Source: an uncultured Candidatus Binatia bacterium
Lineage (GTDB): Bacteria; Desulfobacterota; Binatia; UBA9968; CAXXLF01
DNA: 64,000 nucleotides
Direction of reading: 5' to 3'
Assembly (NCBI GenBank): GCA_965218425.1
Contig: OZ244621.1
Span: 3,680,001 to 3,744,000, forward strand
This document shows positions 1 through 9,992 of the stretch, piece by piece (the first letter of the stretch is position 1; each line of letters opens with the position of its first letter). The notes under the pieces are model-generated. The model was given only the letters and a program-made list of their open reading frames with translations. It did no database searches and was not told the DNA's origin. Position numbers and translations under genes: made by a program.

Positions 1-139
1 GTGATGGATCTGAGGTTGGTGATGGTGGGTTGATGATATTGATGGGACCGGCGAGATTCTTCTAAGACTGCAATCACAAATGTATTCACCTGGTTGCAGT
101 TACGATGGAAAGATGGTGTCACAAAAGTGATAGTCTTTA

Positions 140-694
140 TTGACGCTTCCCACAGCCCAGACAGAAAGGGTTTTTAAGGGCTTAGTGTTAGACGAGGACA
201 TATGCTTAATGAGAAAATACGAGCGTAACTGGCAACATGAAAATCCAGTTCAGTCGGTTCCCCTGAACGATTTAAAGGAAGAGGCCCCTCAACTTGCTCC
301 GGTGCCTGTTAGTTTGAATAAGCTGCATTCCGAATTCGTCGAAGGCTTCAATCACTTCCGGCCCATGTATCAAGAGATCCTGAGCAAGAAAAATTGGGAA
401 AGACTGGACCGCATCCACCGAAAGTGGGGAGCCAATGAAAACGAAGAGTTCGATGCCGACCTGTGGAGCAAGGTGCTTTATGATTTTGCCTGCGTTTACC
501 AGTTGTGGAAACGGAATAGACGCCGTTTAGTCGATATCATGATCTCGCTTTACTCTGGGCGTACCAAGAGTTACTGCCAACAGGTCATGGATATGACCTA
601 TGAGGGAGCGGAAGCTGTTGTCCGGGAGCAGGCAAGGATTTTGGAACGAAACAAGCCCTATTTAATCAGGCGATCTGGTAGTTGGGGCAAGTGA
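140..694 (+). pseudogene. C-terminal fragment of a glucosylglycerate/mannosylglycerate synthase-like glycosyltransferase
   Basis: Helical segment DLWSKVLYDF...SLYSGRTKSY...EQARILERNKPYL resembles the C-terminus of single-step GG/MG synthases; no GT-A catalytic domain upstream; adjacent to gpgS. Confidence 0.5.
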
Positions 695-1011
695 TTGGTA
701 TCCGATGCCAGGTTAAAAAAGGGCGGCTCAAGCTCTACTCCGTGGGACGCAATCGGGTCTCATTAGTCCGCAAATTCCAACCTGATTCATCGGACCTTCT
801 GCCCTAACATAGGGGTTGACACCAATGGGTTAACTAACTATGGTTATCCATTCCGTGGCTAGTTGTTTCGGAGGTACGTAGGAACTATCCCTGGACTGGA
901 ATTGAAAGCCATGTTCTCCATGGACTTTCCAAGCCGTGAAAATTTCTCAAATCCATCGACTTGCTGGCTGAATCATACCATTCCTTAATCTTGAGCTCTT
1001 ATCCTTGGCTC

Positions 1012-2868
1012 ATGGATTTTGCAAAGAAGATTTTAATCCCCCTTCTTGATCCGGCCAGCGCGGCGCCTTATTTGAGGCTGGCAGCGGCGCTTCTGCCAAC
1101 CGACGGAAAAATACTTGCCTTGAAGGTGGTCCGGATCCCGGAGGAAACTTCCCTCAGCGAGGGAGCTGAGAAAACACCCACTAACCGAGCCGAATTGGAG
1201 GAAGTCAAGGGTCAGATCCCCCATGAGAGGGTGGAGCTGCGAACTCTGGTGCGGGTCTCATACCGACTTTCTGAGGAGATCACGGAAACCATGGAGAAGG
1301 AAAGTTGCGACCTGCTCCTGTTGCCGTGGAAGGGGTACACCAACTCCCAGGACCGTCTCTTTGGAAATACCATCGACAAGCTCCTTGAAGAACCTCCCGG
1401 CAGAATCATGGTAACTCGATTGGTGGAGTCCTTTGGATGCAACAGTTTATTGCTTCCTGTACGGGGAGGCCCCTATGCCGAGTTTGCCCTTGAGGTGGCA
1501 AACCAGCTCTCCAAAAGCCTGGGGACGAAGGTAACCGTCCTCCATTGCGAGCAGCCGGATCGACCGGGCTATGGTGAAAAACCCTACTACGGGTTTCTCC
1601 AGAAGCTTCGTTTTTATCGCCAGATGAGGCGCCTCTTGACTGTGCAGGCGGAACATCCTGAAAATGCCATCGTTGAGGAAGCCAAATGGCATGACATGGT
1701 CATCGTGGGAGCAGCGGCTGGGAGCGAGACCCAGAAGTCTTTTCTAGGGTCAGTGGTTGAGCATGGGGCAAAGGGGATGCAGAAACCATTAATGGTGGTG
1801 AAGACGCCTCAGCCCGTGCAGCTATGGTTGAACAAAGAACCAGTGGAGAAATTCAAACCGATATCCGAGAGGGTGGACAAATGGTTCGCGGAAAACAGCT
1901 TTCATGCAAAGGAATTTGGAGACCAGAAAAAATTGGTGGAAGCCAAGCAAAAGCAGGGGCTTACTATCAGCCTGGGCCTTCCGGCCCTGAACGAGGCCGA
2001 GACCATAGGGAATATCATCAAAACCATCAAAGGAGCCCTTATGGAAGAAGTGCCGCTCCTCGACGAGATGGTTCTTATTGACTCCGGCTCCACGGACGGT
2101 ACGGTTAAGATAGCGAAGGACCTAGGGGTTCCCTGTTTTACCCATCAAGAAATCCTTACCGATTATGGATCTTACCGTGGCAAAGGTGAGACCTTGTGGA
2201 AAAGCCTCTACGTGCTACGGGGTGATATCATTGCGTGGATTGACACAGATATAAAAAACATCCACTCAGGATTTGTATGTGGCTTGCTCGGACCTCTATT
2301 GGCTGAGCCCGACGTTCACTACGTGAAGGGATTTTATCGTCGGCCCATCCGGGTGGGCCGTAAGCTTTCTGCCAGCGGAGGCGGTCGAGTGACGGAGCTA
2401 ACGGCACGTCCTTTTCTGAACCTTTTTTATCCCGAGCTTTCAGGAATTATCCAACCCCTAGCGGGTGAGTACGCCGGTCGACGAGAAATTCTGGAAAGGG
2501 TGCCGTTTTTTACCGGCTATGGGGTGGAAACGGGCCTTCTTATTGATATCTACAACATGCTGGGGCCGCGGGCCATTGCACAGGTGGATCTTGGGGAGCG
2601 CATCCACCGAAACCAGTCGCTTCCGGCGCTCAGCCAGATGTCCTTCGCCATTATTCAAGTCTTCCTTCAACGTCTTCAAGAAAAAAACAGTATCGCACTG
2701 CTTGAGGGAATCAGCAGGAGCATGAAGCTGGTGCAGAGCACGCGCAACGCGTACTCCCTCGAGGTAAGAGAGATCACCGACCATGAGCGTCCACCCATGA
2801 TCACCATTCCCGATTATCAGTCCATGCCCCAGGAATCGCATCCCACGGATAGCGGACTGCTTCCCTGA
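1012..2868 (+). CDS. gpgS: Two universal stress protein (USP) domains fused to glucosyl-3-phosphoglycerate synthase
   Basis: C-half has LPALNEAETIG, IDSGSTD, GKGETLW, DTD, GGRVTELTARP, QPLAGEYAGRR, GYGVETGLLID; N-half has USP motifs (ILIPL, LFGNTIDKLL, FLGSVVE); start at ATG 1012 inferred. Confidence 0.88.
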   Translation: MDFAKKILIPLLDPASAAPYLRLAAALLPTDGKILALKVVRIPEETSLSEGAEKTPTNRAELEEVKGQIPHERVELRTLVRVSYRLSEEITETMEKESCDLLLLPWKGYTNSQDRLFGNTIDKLLEEPPGRIMVTRLVESFGCNSLLLPVRGGPYAEFALEVANQLSKSLGTKVTVLHCEQPDRPGYGEKPYYGFLQKLRFYRQMRRLLTVQAEHPENAIVEEAKWHDMVIVGAAAGSETQKSFLGSVVEHGAKGMQKPLMVVKTPQPVQLWLNKEPVEKFKPISERVDKWFAENSFHAKEFGDQKKLVEAKQKQGLTISLGLPALNEAETIGNIIKTIKGALMEEVPLLDEMVLIDSGSTDGTVKIAKDLGVPCFTHQEILTDYGSYRGKGETLWKSLYVLRGDIIAWIDTDIKNIHSGFVCGLLGPLLAEPDVHYVKGFYRRPIRVGRKLSASGGGRVTELTARPFLNLFYPELSGIIQPLAGEYAGRREILERVPFFTGYGVETGLLIDIYNMLGPRAIAQVDLGERIHRNQSLPALSQMSFAIIQVFLQRLQEKNSIALLEGISRSMKLVQSTRNAYSLEVREITDHERPPMITIPDYQSMPQESHPTDSGLLP

Positions 2869-2873
2869 CCGCG

Positions 2874-3713
2874 GTGGCAAACCAAAGCGGAAAGAAAACT
2901 CGGCTTATTGTTATTACCGACCTGGATGGCACCCTTCTAGATCAACGAACCTATGACTACCACGCCAGCTTGCCAGCCATTCAAAGGCTGCGATCTCTGG
3001 CCATCCCGCTGATTTTGTGCTCAAGCAAGACTTATGGTGAGATCCTCCCTCTATGGGAAGAGCTGGAATTAAACGCCCCTTTTATTGTAGAGAATGGAGG
3101 GGCCATCTATTTTTTGGAGCAAACCTTTCCCTTTCCCGTTAAGGAGGCCAAGACAAAAGGACAATTTAAAATTCTAGGATTAGGTGCCGAAATTTCAATT
3201 CTTCGTAATGCCCTTCAGGAAGCCGCTCGCCGAAACGGCGTAAGGCTTACATCCTTTGGCGCCATGACGCTGGAGGAAATTGCTAAACTCACCGGTTTGA
3301 GCAAAAGCGAATCCGCGCGAGCCGCTCAGAGAGAATACGACGAACCTTTTGTAGTAGAAGGTGGAAACCCCGAAGCGCTCAAAAACTCTTTGAGCGCCAA
3401 GGGATTCACCATGGTCAAGGGAGACCGGTTCTATCACCTTACGGCCGGGACCAATAAGGGAAGAGCCGCTGTGAAACTGTTGGAACTGTTCCGTCGCTCG
3501 AACCCGGCGGCGGTTAGCGTTGGCCTAGGTAACTCTGCCAACGATAGTGATTTTCTAGATCAGGTGGATCGACCCATCGTCATCCGAAATCCGGACGGAA
3601 ATTGGGATGCCGAGGTGATGAAGAGGATACCGACCATACAACGCAGTCATGGGATGGGGCCCCAGGGGTGGAGAGAGGCCATTGACGGCGTCCTAGTTTC
3701 AGTTGGGTTATAA
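2874..3713 (+). CDS. Mannosyl/glucosyl-3-phosphoglycerate phosphatase (HAD IIB)
   Basis: TDLDGTLLD, CSSKT, PFIVENGG, REYDEPF, GLGNSAND; directly downstream of gpgS. Confidence 0.88.
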   Translation: MANQSGKKTRLIVITDLDGTLLDQRTYDYHASLPAIQRLRSLAIPLILCSSKTYGEILPLWEELELNAPFIVENGGAIYFLEQTFPFPVKEAKTKGQFKILGLGAEISILRNALQEAARRNGVRLTSFGAMTLEEIAKLTGLSKSESARAAQREYDEPFVVEGGNPEALKNSLSAKGFTMVKGDRFYHLTAGTNKGRAAVKLLELFRRSNPAAVSVGLGNSANDSDFLDQVDRPIVIRNPDGNWDAEVMKRIPTIQRSHGMGPQGWREAIDGVLVSVGL

Positions 3714-3719
3714 ACGGTC

Positions 3720-4148
3720 ATGGAAGGTGAGGATTTGCCGGGTACGCTAAAGGAAATCGAAGTTGTGGCTGCGGTCATTATTAGCAGGGGACGTTATCTT
3801 GTTTGCCAGCGGAGGGAGGACGCAGTTTTTCCGCTCAAATGGGAATTTGCAGGTGGCAAGGTGGAAAAGGGAGAGGTGCCCTTTACTGCATTGCATAGAG
3901 AACTAAAAGAGGAGCTGGGCATTGAGATCGAATCGGCCACAGAGATACTCCGACACAGTCATGTCTACAAGGATCAATTCAAGGTAAACCTGAGGTTTTT
4001 CCAAGTGGATCAATTCACCGGAATTGTGACTAATAACGTTTTTCGTCAACTTCACTGGGTAAAACCAAAAGAGCTTGCCGACCTGGAGTTTCTAGAAGCC
4101 AATGGGCCGCTGATTCAGAAGCTGATTAGTCGAACGCTATCGGAGTGA
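3720..4148 (+). CDS. NUDIX hydrolase, MutT/NudG-like
   Basis: WEFAGGKVEKGE...ALHRELKEELGI Nudix box. Confidence 0.88.
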   Translation: MEGEDLPGTLKEIEVVAAVIISRGRYLVCQRREDAVFPLKWEFAGGKVEKGEVPFTALHRELKEELGIEIESATEILRHSHVYKDQFKVNLRFFQVDQFTGIVTNNVFRQLHWVKPKELADLEFLEANGPLIQKLISRTLSE

Positions 4149-4180
4149 AGTTACAAGGGCTTCGTCACCAGTGTCGTACA

Positions 4181-4915
4181 TCAATCGGAAGGCAAAGGGG
4201 GACCTATCATGGATTCCCAGCGGTCCCTCACCGACCTTTGCCGCACGCCTTTGGTTCCCCTGGTGATCTGGTATAGAACCTTTTGGGTGGTATCGAGGCA
4301 ACTCAAGGTATTGCCGTAAACAAGGCCGGTGTCCAACCCGACCTTGTATGGGAGTTGAAAGAGTACTTCTTGAAGAGGGGTGTGGCCAAATAGCACGGTA
4401 TAAGGGAGCCGGTGACTGTTCCAGATAAATTGATCACGGATCCACAGCATTTCCTCTTCCACCTGTTCCTCCAGTGTCTTCGATGGATGAATGCCCCCAT
4501 GGACACAGAGAAATGACTCCATAATGTGATGGGTTTTTAGATTCTTAAAAAATTCGAGATGATTATCGGGCATGGAAGACAGAAGAACCCTGGGGTCATT
4601 GTTTCTTCCGGTAACGCCGTAACTGGCAAGGGTTGCCCAACCGCCATTGAATAGGAACATATCGCCGTGCTTCCCCGGCAAGCCAAGGTAAGCCATGAGC
4701 ATATCCTCATGGTTGCCTTTAAGAAAAATCATTTCCTGGTTTGCCTTATGCTTTAGTTCCAGGAGATAGGAAACCACCCCCTTGGAATCTGGGCCCCGAT
4801 CCACGTAATCTCCTAGAAAGATCAGTTTGTCCCCGGGTTGCAAAGGAAGAGCATTCAGAAGACGGGTCAATTCCCCAAGGCAGCCATGGATATCTCCTAC
4901 GACGTAGTGACTCAC
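4181..4915 (-). CDS. Calcineurin-like metallophosphoesterase (PPP-type Ser/Thr phosphatase family)
   Basis: GDIHG, GDYVDRG, GNHE, HGG, FGHTP, DTG motifs. Confidence 0.9.
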   Translation of the reverse strand: MSHYVVGDIHGCLGELTRLLNALPLQPGDKLIFLGDYVDRGPDSKGVVSYLLELKHKANQEMIFLKGNHEDMLMAYLGLPGKHGDMFLFNGGWATLASYGVTGRNNDPRVLLSSMPDNHLEFFKNLKTHHIMESFLCVHGGIHPSKTLEEQVEEEMLWIRDQFIWNSHRLPYTVLFGHTPLQEVLFQLPYKVGLDTGLVYGNTLSCLDTTQKVLYQITRGTKGVRQRSVRDRWESMIGPPLPSD

Positions 4916-5146
4916 AGTGTCTTCACTATAAGAGACCTACTTCGCCAGTTCAAGAACCGGGTATTGCGCAGACGCGGCCAATGAGGGTCCCGTCAGAGAT
5001 AGTGAAGTGAGTTGTTGGTTGGATTGTGTGCTACTTCGAGAGTTGAATTATGAACATTTTCCATACCAGTTACTTAGGGTTTCGGAGATGCTCCTCGCTC
5101 CGCAGGTCTCCCACAGTGACCTTACCAAAGCCTGCGCGGTTCTGCT

Positions 5147-5457
5147 CAGGGAACGAGTCTGCGGCCGCGGGCAATAAGCCGGTGAATATTTGAACCCGAA
5201 CATTCGATGCCCACGGCCTTGCGTCTCGCTCCCCTGCGTCGCTTTCGAGTTTGGGGCATAGGGGCTTGCACCGAACAAAGGGAGATGTCCGATACCGGAG
5301 GTTCAAGCTATGTTGGCATGCCAGATCAAATGACGGAACCTCGAGGCATAGCCCCATCAGCTCCCGCTGAGGGGCGGGCAACCGAGCCCGCTATCGCATC
5401 GGTGAACTTGCCTTCCCTCCGAGGGCCGCTTGAGTGAGGGGACCGCAGTTCCTGTAA
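5147..5457 (+). repeat. Dispersed structured non-coding element, copy A (both modules); candidate ncRNA or IS110-family end
   Basis: Aligns by eye with 25205-25293 (module 1) and 43611-43759 (module 2); stems ggccgcgggca/tgcccacggcc and gaggttc/gaacctc. Confidence 0.7.
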
Positions 5458-5609
5458 AGGCACCATCAATCCCTTGCCAGGACTGATGATCTCAACGCAC
5501 GGTGTTTTGCGACGAACAGCGCCTCCCAGCTTGACTTTGCGGAGGGAACGGAGGATAAAAAGCAAGAGGAAGTTTGTCCTTTGGTGGACGGGCCAGGTAG
5601 AGGACGATA

Positions 5610-6812
5610 ATGGAAAATATATCGAGTACCGGGTCAGAGCGATTCGAGGACGGTTCAGCTCCGATCCCAAACGCCCCTCTGTTGGGTTATCGCAATTACT
5701 GGTATCCAGTGGTGGAAGCTCGACGCATTGGACGTCGTCCAATTTCAGTAAAAATTCTTGGCGAAAATATCGTTCTCTTTCCCGGCAAGGATGGAAAGGT
5801 GGCTGCCCTGGTTGATCGATGCCCCCACCGAGGAACTATGCTTTCCCGCGGTCGCATTCTGTTCCCCAGCACCCTCAGTTGCGGCTACCACGGTTGGACT
5901 TATAATGAGACGGGGGAATGTGTAGCTGCTATTATTGAAGGTCCCGAATCCAAGGTCCCAGGTAACGTTCGGGTTCGAGGGTACCCCACCGAGAAACGGT
6001 TTGGGATCGTATGGGCTTTTATGGGGGAAGGGGAACCGCCACCTCTAGATGAGGATCTCCCGCCCGAGCTCAAAGAGCCAGGGGGCATGACTTTTTTCAC
6101 CTTCCGTGAGTGGCAATCTAACTGGCGCAACGTGGTTGAAAACTATCCTGATATTCTGCATGCACCCTACGTGCATCGGAAATCAATTGAAGTGTTGTTC
6201 AACAAGGTTCCCGCCTGGGGCAAATGTCACTTCGAGCTGTTACCCGATGGTAAAGGAATGCATGTGCGGGGAATCGGGGGAGGGCTCCAGGCCGATTATC
6301 CTGGTGTGGGAAAATTCCCAGCGCGTCTTTGGTGGCGCGTGCTGAGGCGTCGTTATAAGAGGAAGGAGTGGAGCGGAGAGTCCACGGCGGGTGGAGATAT
6401 TCGTATGCCGGGCAATATCGTGGTGAAGGTGCGCGACACCTACTGCGGCATTCATATTTCCAACATGGGATGGCCTGTTCCCATTGATGAGCATCGAACC
6501 CGCCACCTGAACTTTCTTGTAACTTACCCTAGTAATTTAATCCATCGGTTCGCTCTCAAGATCTGGTACAACATTTATTTTCGCCATGTGCACCAGTTGT
6601 TTCTCAGGCAGGACCGGCGTCAGATAGAGGTCCAGCATTATCGCCAAGGGGAGCATCTCTCCAATACGGATATTGCATTGATCCAATGGAGAAAATTGGC
6701 GCCAAAGATCGCTAGAAAGATGAAAAACTCCACAGGAGCCGTGGCGGGACAGTCGAGTAAACCAGCCAAAGGGCAAGATGAAAAGACGCACGACGTTGGC
6801 CTTTCGGGTTAA
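5610..6812 (+). CDS. Rieske non-heme iron oxygenase alpha subunit
   Basis: CPHRG...CGYHGW Rieske motif; NWRNVVENYPDILHAPYVH mononuclear Fe site; QD in C-terminal helix. Confidence 0.9.
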   Translation: MENISSTGSERFEDGSAPIPNAPLLGYRNYWYPVVEARRIGRRPISVKILGENIVLFPGKDGKVAALVDRCPHRGTMLSRGRILFPSTLSCGYHGWTYNETGECVAAIIEGPESKVPGNVRVRGYPTEKRFGIVWAFMGEGEPPPLDEDLPPELKEPGGMTFFTFREWQSNWRNVVENYPDILHAPYVHRKSIEVLFNKVPAWGKCHFELLPDGKGMHVRGIGGGLQADYPGVGKFPARLWWRVLRRRYKRKEWSGESTAGGDIRMPGNIVVKVRDTYCGIHISNMGWPVPIDEHRTRHLNFLVTYPSNLIHRFALKIWYNIYFRHVHQLFLRQDRRQIEVQHYRQGEHLSNTDIALIQWRKLAPKIARKMKNSTGAVAGQSSKPAKGQDEKTHDVGLSG

Positions 6813-7095
6813 GGGGCGTCGGTCTTGATAGTCCAAACCTTTCTATCCTTATTCCTGCTCTAAATCATGGGGGTTGGGCTTCACAATTAAGACCCATAGC
6901 TTTGTTGTTAATAACCTGATGCGTTGCAGGGTTAGCCGGTAAGAACAACTTGCAAAAAAAATCCCAGATTAGTACGCTATGGTACAATTTGGCGCTTCCC
7001 CAAAGGATTCATCTCTAATCAATTTAATAATTTAGAAGTTGGCATTCCTCTTGTTTGATAGTTTCGCCAGTAGTTGTCTGTAGGAGGTTACCGTC

Positions 7096-7545
7096 ATGCC
7101 TCGATCCTTTATCGTTTGGCTCATTTTATTGGCCACATCGGTGGGTTTCCCGTCTAGTTCTGCCGGACAGGAAATGGTTGACGCGATTTTTGCCCGAGAT
7201 GTCGTCAACCGGGAGCCGGTTAAACCATTTCAACCTGGCGTTTACTGTGGGTCTGGGTCTGCACCCTCAGGATCAATCTCTGTCATCGACTCGCAACAGG
7301 AAAATAGGGTGTATCTATGGAACCGGGTGAAGTCTCAGGGTGAAGATGTAATTCGCCATCGTTGGTACAAGGACGGAGTGGAAGTGGCTGTGGTAGAGTT
7401 AGACGTGGCAGAATCTCCAGGGTGGCGAACCTGGAGTTCAAAAAACATCGATCCCAATTTCCATATTGGGAGCTGGAGAGTCGAAGCAACTGCCGCTAGC
7501 AAGCCTAGCGATTTAATATGTGTGGCCCATTTTATTGTGAAGTAA
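7096..7545 (+). CDS. Exported DUF2914-like protein
   Basis: Signal peptide; REPV, IRHRWY, WRTWSSK, GSWRVE; RBS aggagg. Confidence 0.75.
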   Translation: MPRSFIVWLILLATSVGFPSSSAGQEMVDAIFARDVVNREPVKPFQPGVYCGSGSAPSGSISVIDSQQENRVYLWNRVKSQGEDVIRHRWYKDGVEVAVVELDVAESPGWRTWSSKNIDPNFHIGSWRVEATAASKPSDLICVAHFIVK

Positions 7546-7932
7546 TCCAGGCCCATCATATTGCTACCTATACCGACGCCAACAGTTATTCCCAACCACC
7601 AGCCCCAGCTTGCCCCAGGAAACACAACGGGAAGAAAGCTCGGGTGAACCATCACTCATCGTGTATACCACAGCTTCCTGAATGACCCCACTTCCAGATC
7701 TTTTCCTATCAGATCTGGTCTGTTTTTGACCTCTTATAGGGCTACGCACCACAGAGCGATTCAAACGGCAAAGTGCCTGGCCGGCATATCACTGACGGTC
7801 ACGATCATGTTGGGGAGAACACCACTTCATCAGCCAGTATTCATCTGGCTTCAGTTATCATCGCGAGCGGAAAACTAATGATGAGGAATTGGAATGGTTC
7901 GGCATTGATTTGATCCCCTAATATGCTAAGAG

Positions 7933-8127
7933 GTGAAGAGCGTGAAGATTTGGATAGCGCTACAACACAGCTCCGGATTACTGGCCGCCCTTGGTCTATT
8001 TTTTGCTATTTCGGCTTTTTCAAGTGATGCCGGTTCGCGGACCGTATCCACCGGACTTATCGTTGCGGGTTTGGGCCTTGTGGGTTTTGTGGCGGGACGA
8101 TACCTCGCTAAACGCTACGGACCATAA
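7933..8127 (+). CDS. Small two-TM membrane protein
   Basis: Two hydrophobic helices with a basic C-terminus. Confidence 0.45.
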   Translation: MKSVKIWIALQHSSGLLAALGLFFAISAFSSDAGSRTVSTGLIVAGLGLVGFVAGRYLAKRYGP

Positions 8128-8422
8128 ACCTCCTGGAGTTTTCCATTTCCTATAAGCCGAACGGTCGTTGTCCAAAACGAATATCTCCATGATGCGCGTG
8201 GATTGCCCGCCTTCAGAGAAGTTAGTGGACAAAAAGTAAAGTAGGCCTATCTTCTCGAGCTCAATAGCTAGAGCAAACATTTTCAAAGGAGATCACCCTC
8301 CGTTCAGTTCCCGGAGAAGTACCCTTGGCCAGCCACGGAATCGCGGGACAGAGTATCTGCTTGACACACCCGGGGCAGAAAACGACAATACCTTGGAGTA
8401 TAGACGGAAGGAGACAGGAGCT

Positions 8423-9424
8423 ATGTCCGCCAGAGGGGTGAAAACACCTGTTCTTTCAACCACTGAAGCCATTGCGAGTTTGCGAAAGTCGGTACATTCC
8501 AAGGCTATCAATTACTATGCCCTGTATTCCAGTTTACTGGGCGGCATTGTGACTGACCCGGCCCTAATGGTGCTTCCTATAGATGATCACATGGTCCACC
8601 GTGGCCACGGCGTGTTTGATACGACCACCTTGGCAAATGGAATGCTATACCAGTTGGATGAGCACCTAGATCGATTGATTGGCTCAGCGGAGATTGCCCG
8701 TATTCCCTTGCCCTTTCCACGGAACCGATTGAGACAAATTATCCTGGATACGGCCGCCGTCAGCGGACACCGGGATGGGGTGTTACGGTTCTGGCTTTCA
8801 GCCGGACCAGGAGGATTCAGTCTCGATCCAAGCGAATGCGTAGGAAGCGGATTTTACGTAATGATCTCCAAAGGAGAGATCTACCCGGAGACCTTCTATA
8901 CCGAAGGAGTCAAAGTGGTAACCAGCACCGTGCCCATGAAGCCACCGCTTTTTGCCCGGGTCAAATCCACGAATTATTTGCCCAATGTGCTCGTGATGCT
9001 TGAGGCTAAAGAGCGGGGGGCAAACTACGGTATTTTTATCGATCAACGAGGCATGGTGGGAGAGAGCTCCACTATGAACGTCGCATTCATCACCAAGGAC
9101 GGGGTTTTTTGTCACCCACCATTTGATTCCATTCTCCCGGGAATTACCGTGCAACGTTTACTTCAACTGGCCAGGCAGTTGGTGGATCAGGGAGAATTGC
9201 GAGACATCGTCATTTCGGAGATTCCACCAGAGGAGGGGAGGTCTGCAGATGAAATGCTTCTCATCGGGAGCACCATTAAGGTGGTTCCTGTGGTGCAGTG
9301 GGATCACCACCCCATTGGAAATGGTAAGCCCGGTTCCATAGCTAAAAAACTCTTGGATTTATGGTACGAAGATATCAGGACCTCATCCCAGCATCTGGTC
9401 AAGGTGCCTTACCCTAAATCCTAG
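8423..9424 (+). CDS. Class IV PLP aminotransferase (D-amino-acid transaminase / aminodeoxychorismate lyase-like)
   Basis: DDHMVHRGHGVFDT, HLDRL, KSTNYLPN, E-x3-N, ILPGIT; RBS aggag before ATG 8423. Confidence 0.88.
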   Translation: MSARGVKTPVLSTTEAIASLRKSVHSKAINYYALYSSLLGGIVTDPALMVLPIDDHMVHRGHGVFDTTTLANGMLYQLDEHLDRLIGSAEIARIPLPFPRNRLRQIILDTAAVSGHRDGVLRFWLSAGPGGFSLDPSECVGSGFYVMISKGEIYPETFYTEGVKVVTSTVPMKPPLFARVKSTNYLPNVLVMLEAKERGANYGIFIDQRGMVGESSTMNVAFITKDGVFCHPPFDSILPGITVQRLLQLARQLVDQGELRDIVISEIPPEEGRSADEMLLIGSTIKVVPVVQWDHHPIGNGKPGSIAKKLLDLWYEDIRTSSQHLVKVPYPKS

Positions 9425-9645
9425 CCAGACTTTTTCTGAATATTCCCTTCAAATTGCGTACAGGGAATCGGACCAAAGAGGACTCGGGCAAATAACCCCG
9501 AGTTGGGAGAAAATAAAAATGTTTCTCCTCCCTGACCTGGCGTTTTGGCACGAAAAGTCTTGTTGAAATCACTCCGTGTAACATCCGATCACTCTAAGGA
9601 TCAATCTGGCGCTATGGGGTATTCTGTGTTAAAAACACCTCCATC

Positions 9646-9969
9646 GTGCGTGCTAGCTTTGTGAAAGGTCTCGTCCTGACCCTTTTGCTGGGTGGTTGTG
9701 CAGGAGAATCGGAACAAACTTCAGGGCCCAACGCGGACCGGGGGAGGCGGTTGTATCTTGTTAACTGCGTAGTCTGTCACAACAGGGAGCCATCTAAGGA
9801 CGGGGCCACGGGACCAGCCATCAAGGGATCCTCAGAAACCCTTTTGCAGTTCAGAGTCCTAACCCGGTCCTATCCACCAGGTTATGTTCCGAAGCGAAAA
9901 TCGTCAGCGATGCCAGCCTATCCGCATCTCAAAAAGGCGATCCCGCATCTTGCCGCCTATCTTCGCTGA
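9646..9969 (+). CDS. Monoheme cytochrome c lipoprotein
   Basis: Lipobox LLGGC, CVVCH, GP, distal MP. Confidence 0.8.
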   Translation: MRASFVKGLVLTLLLGGCAGESEQTSGPNADRGRRLYLVNCVVCHNREPSKDGATGPAIKGSSETLLQFRVLTRSYPPGYVPKRKSSAMPAYPHLKKAIPHLAAYLR

Positions 9970-9992
9970 GGGGCAACGGTTTCCCCTCCTCC

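Noticed and set aside
5048..5437. Short ORFs over repeat copy A (also 25126-25341 and 43581-43904) as proteins
   Set aside because: Similarity appears in several frames at once with no clear codon-position bias; better explained by non-coding conservation
7039..7056. Sigma54-like promoter ttggcattcctcttgt
   Set aside because: The -12 element is TTGT rather than TTGC and no activator is nearby; too weak to call
8020..8286. Possible rubrerythrin/ferritin-like remnant (MFALAIELEKIG)
   Set aside because: Only a short motif; similarity does not extend
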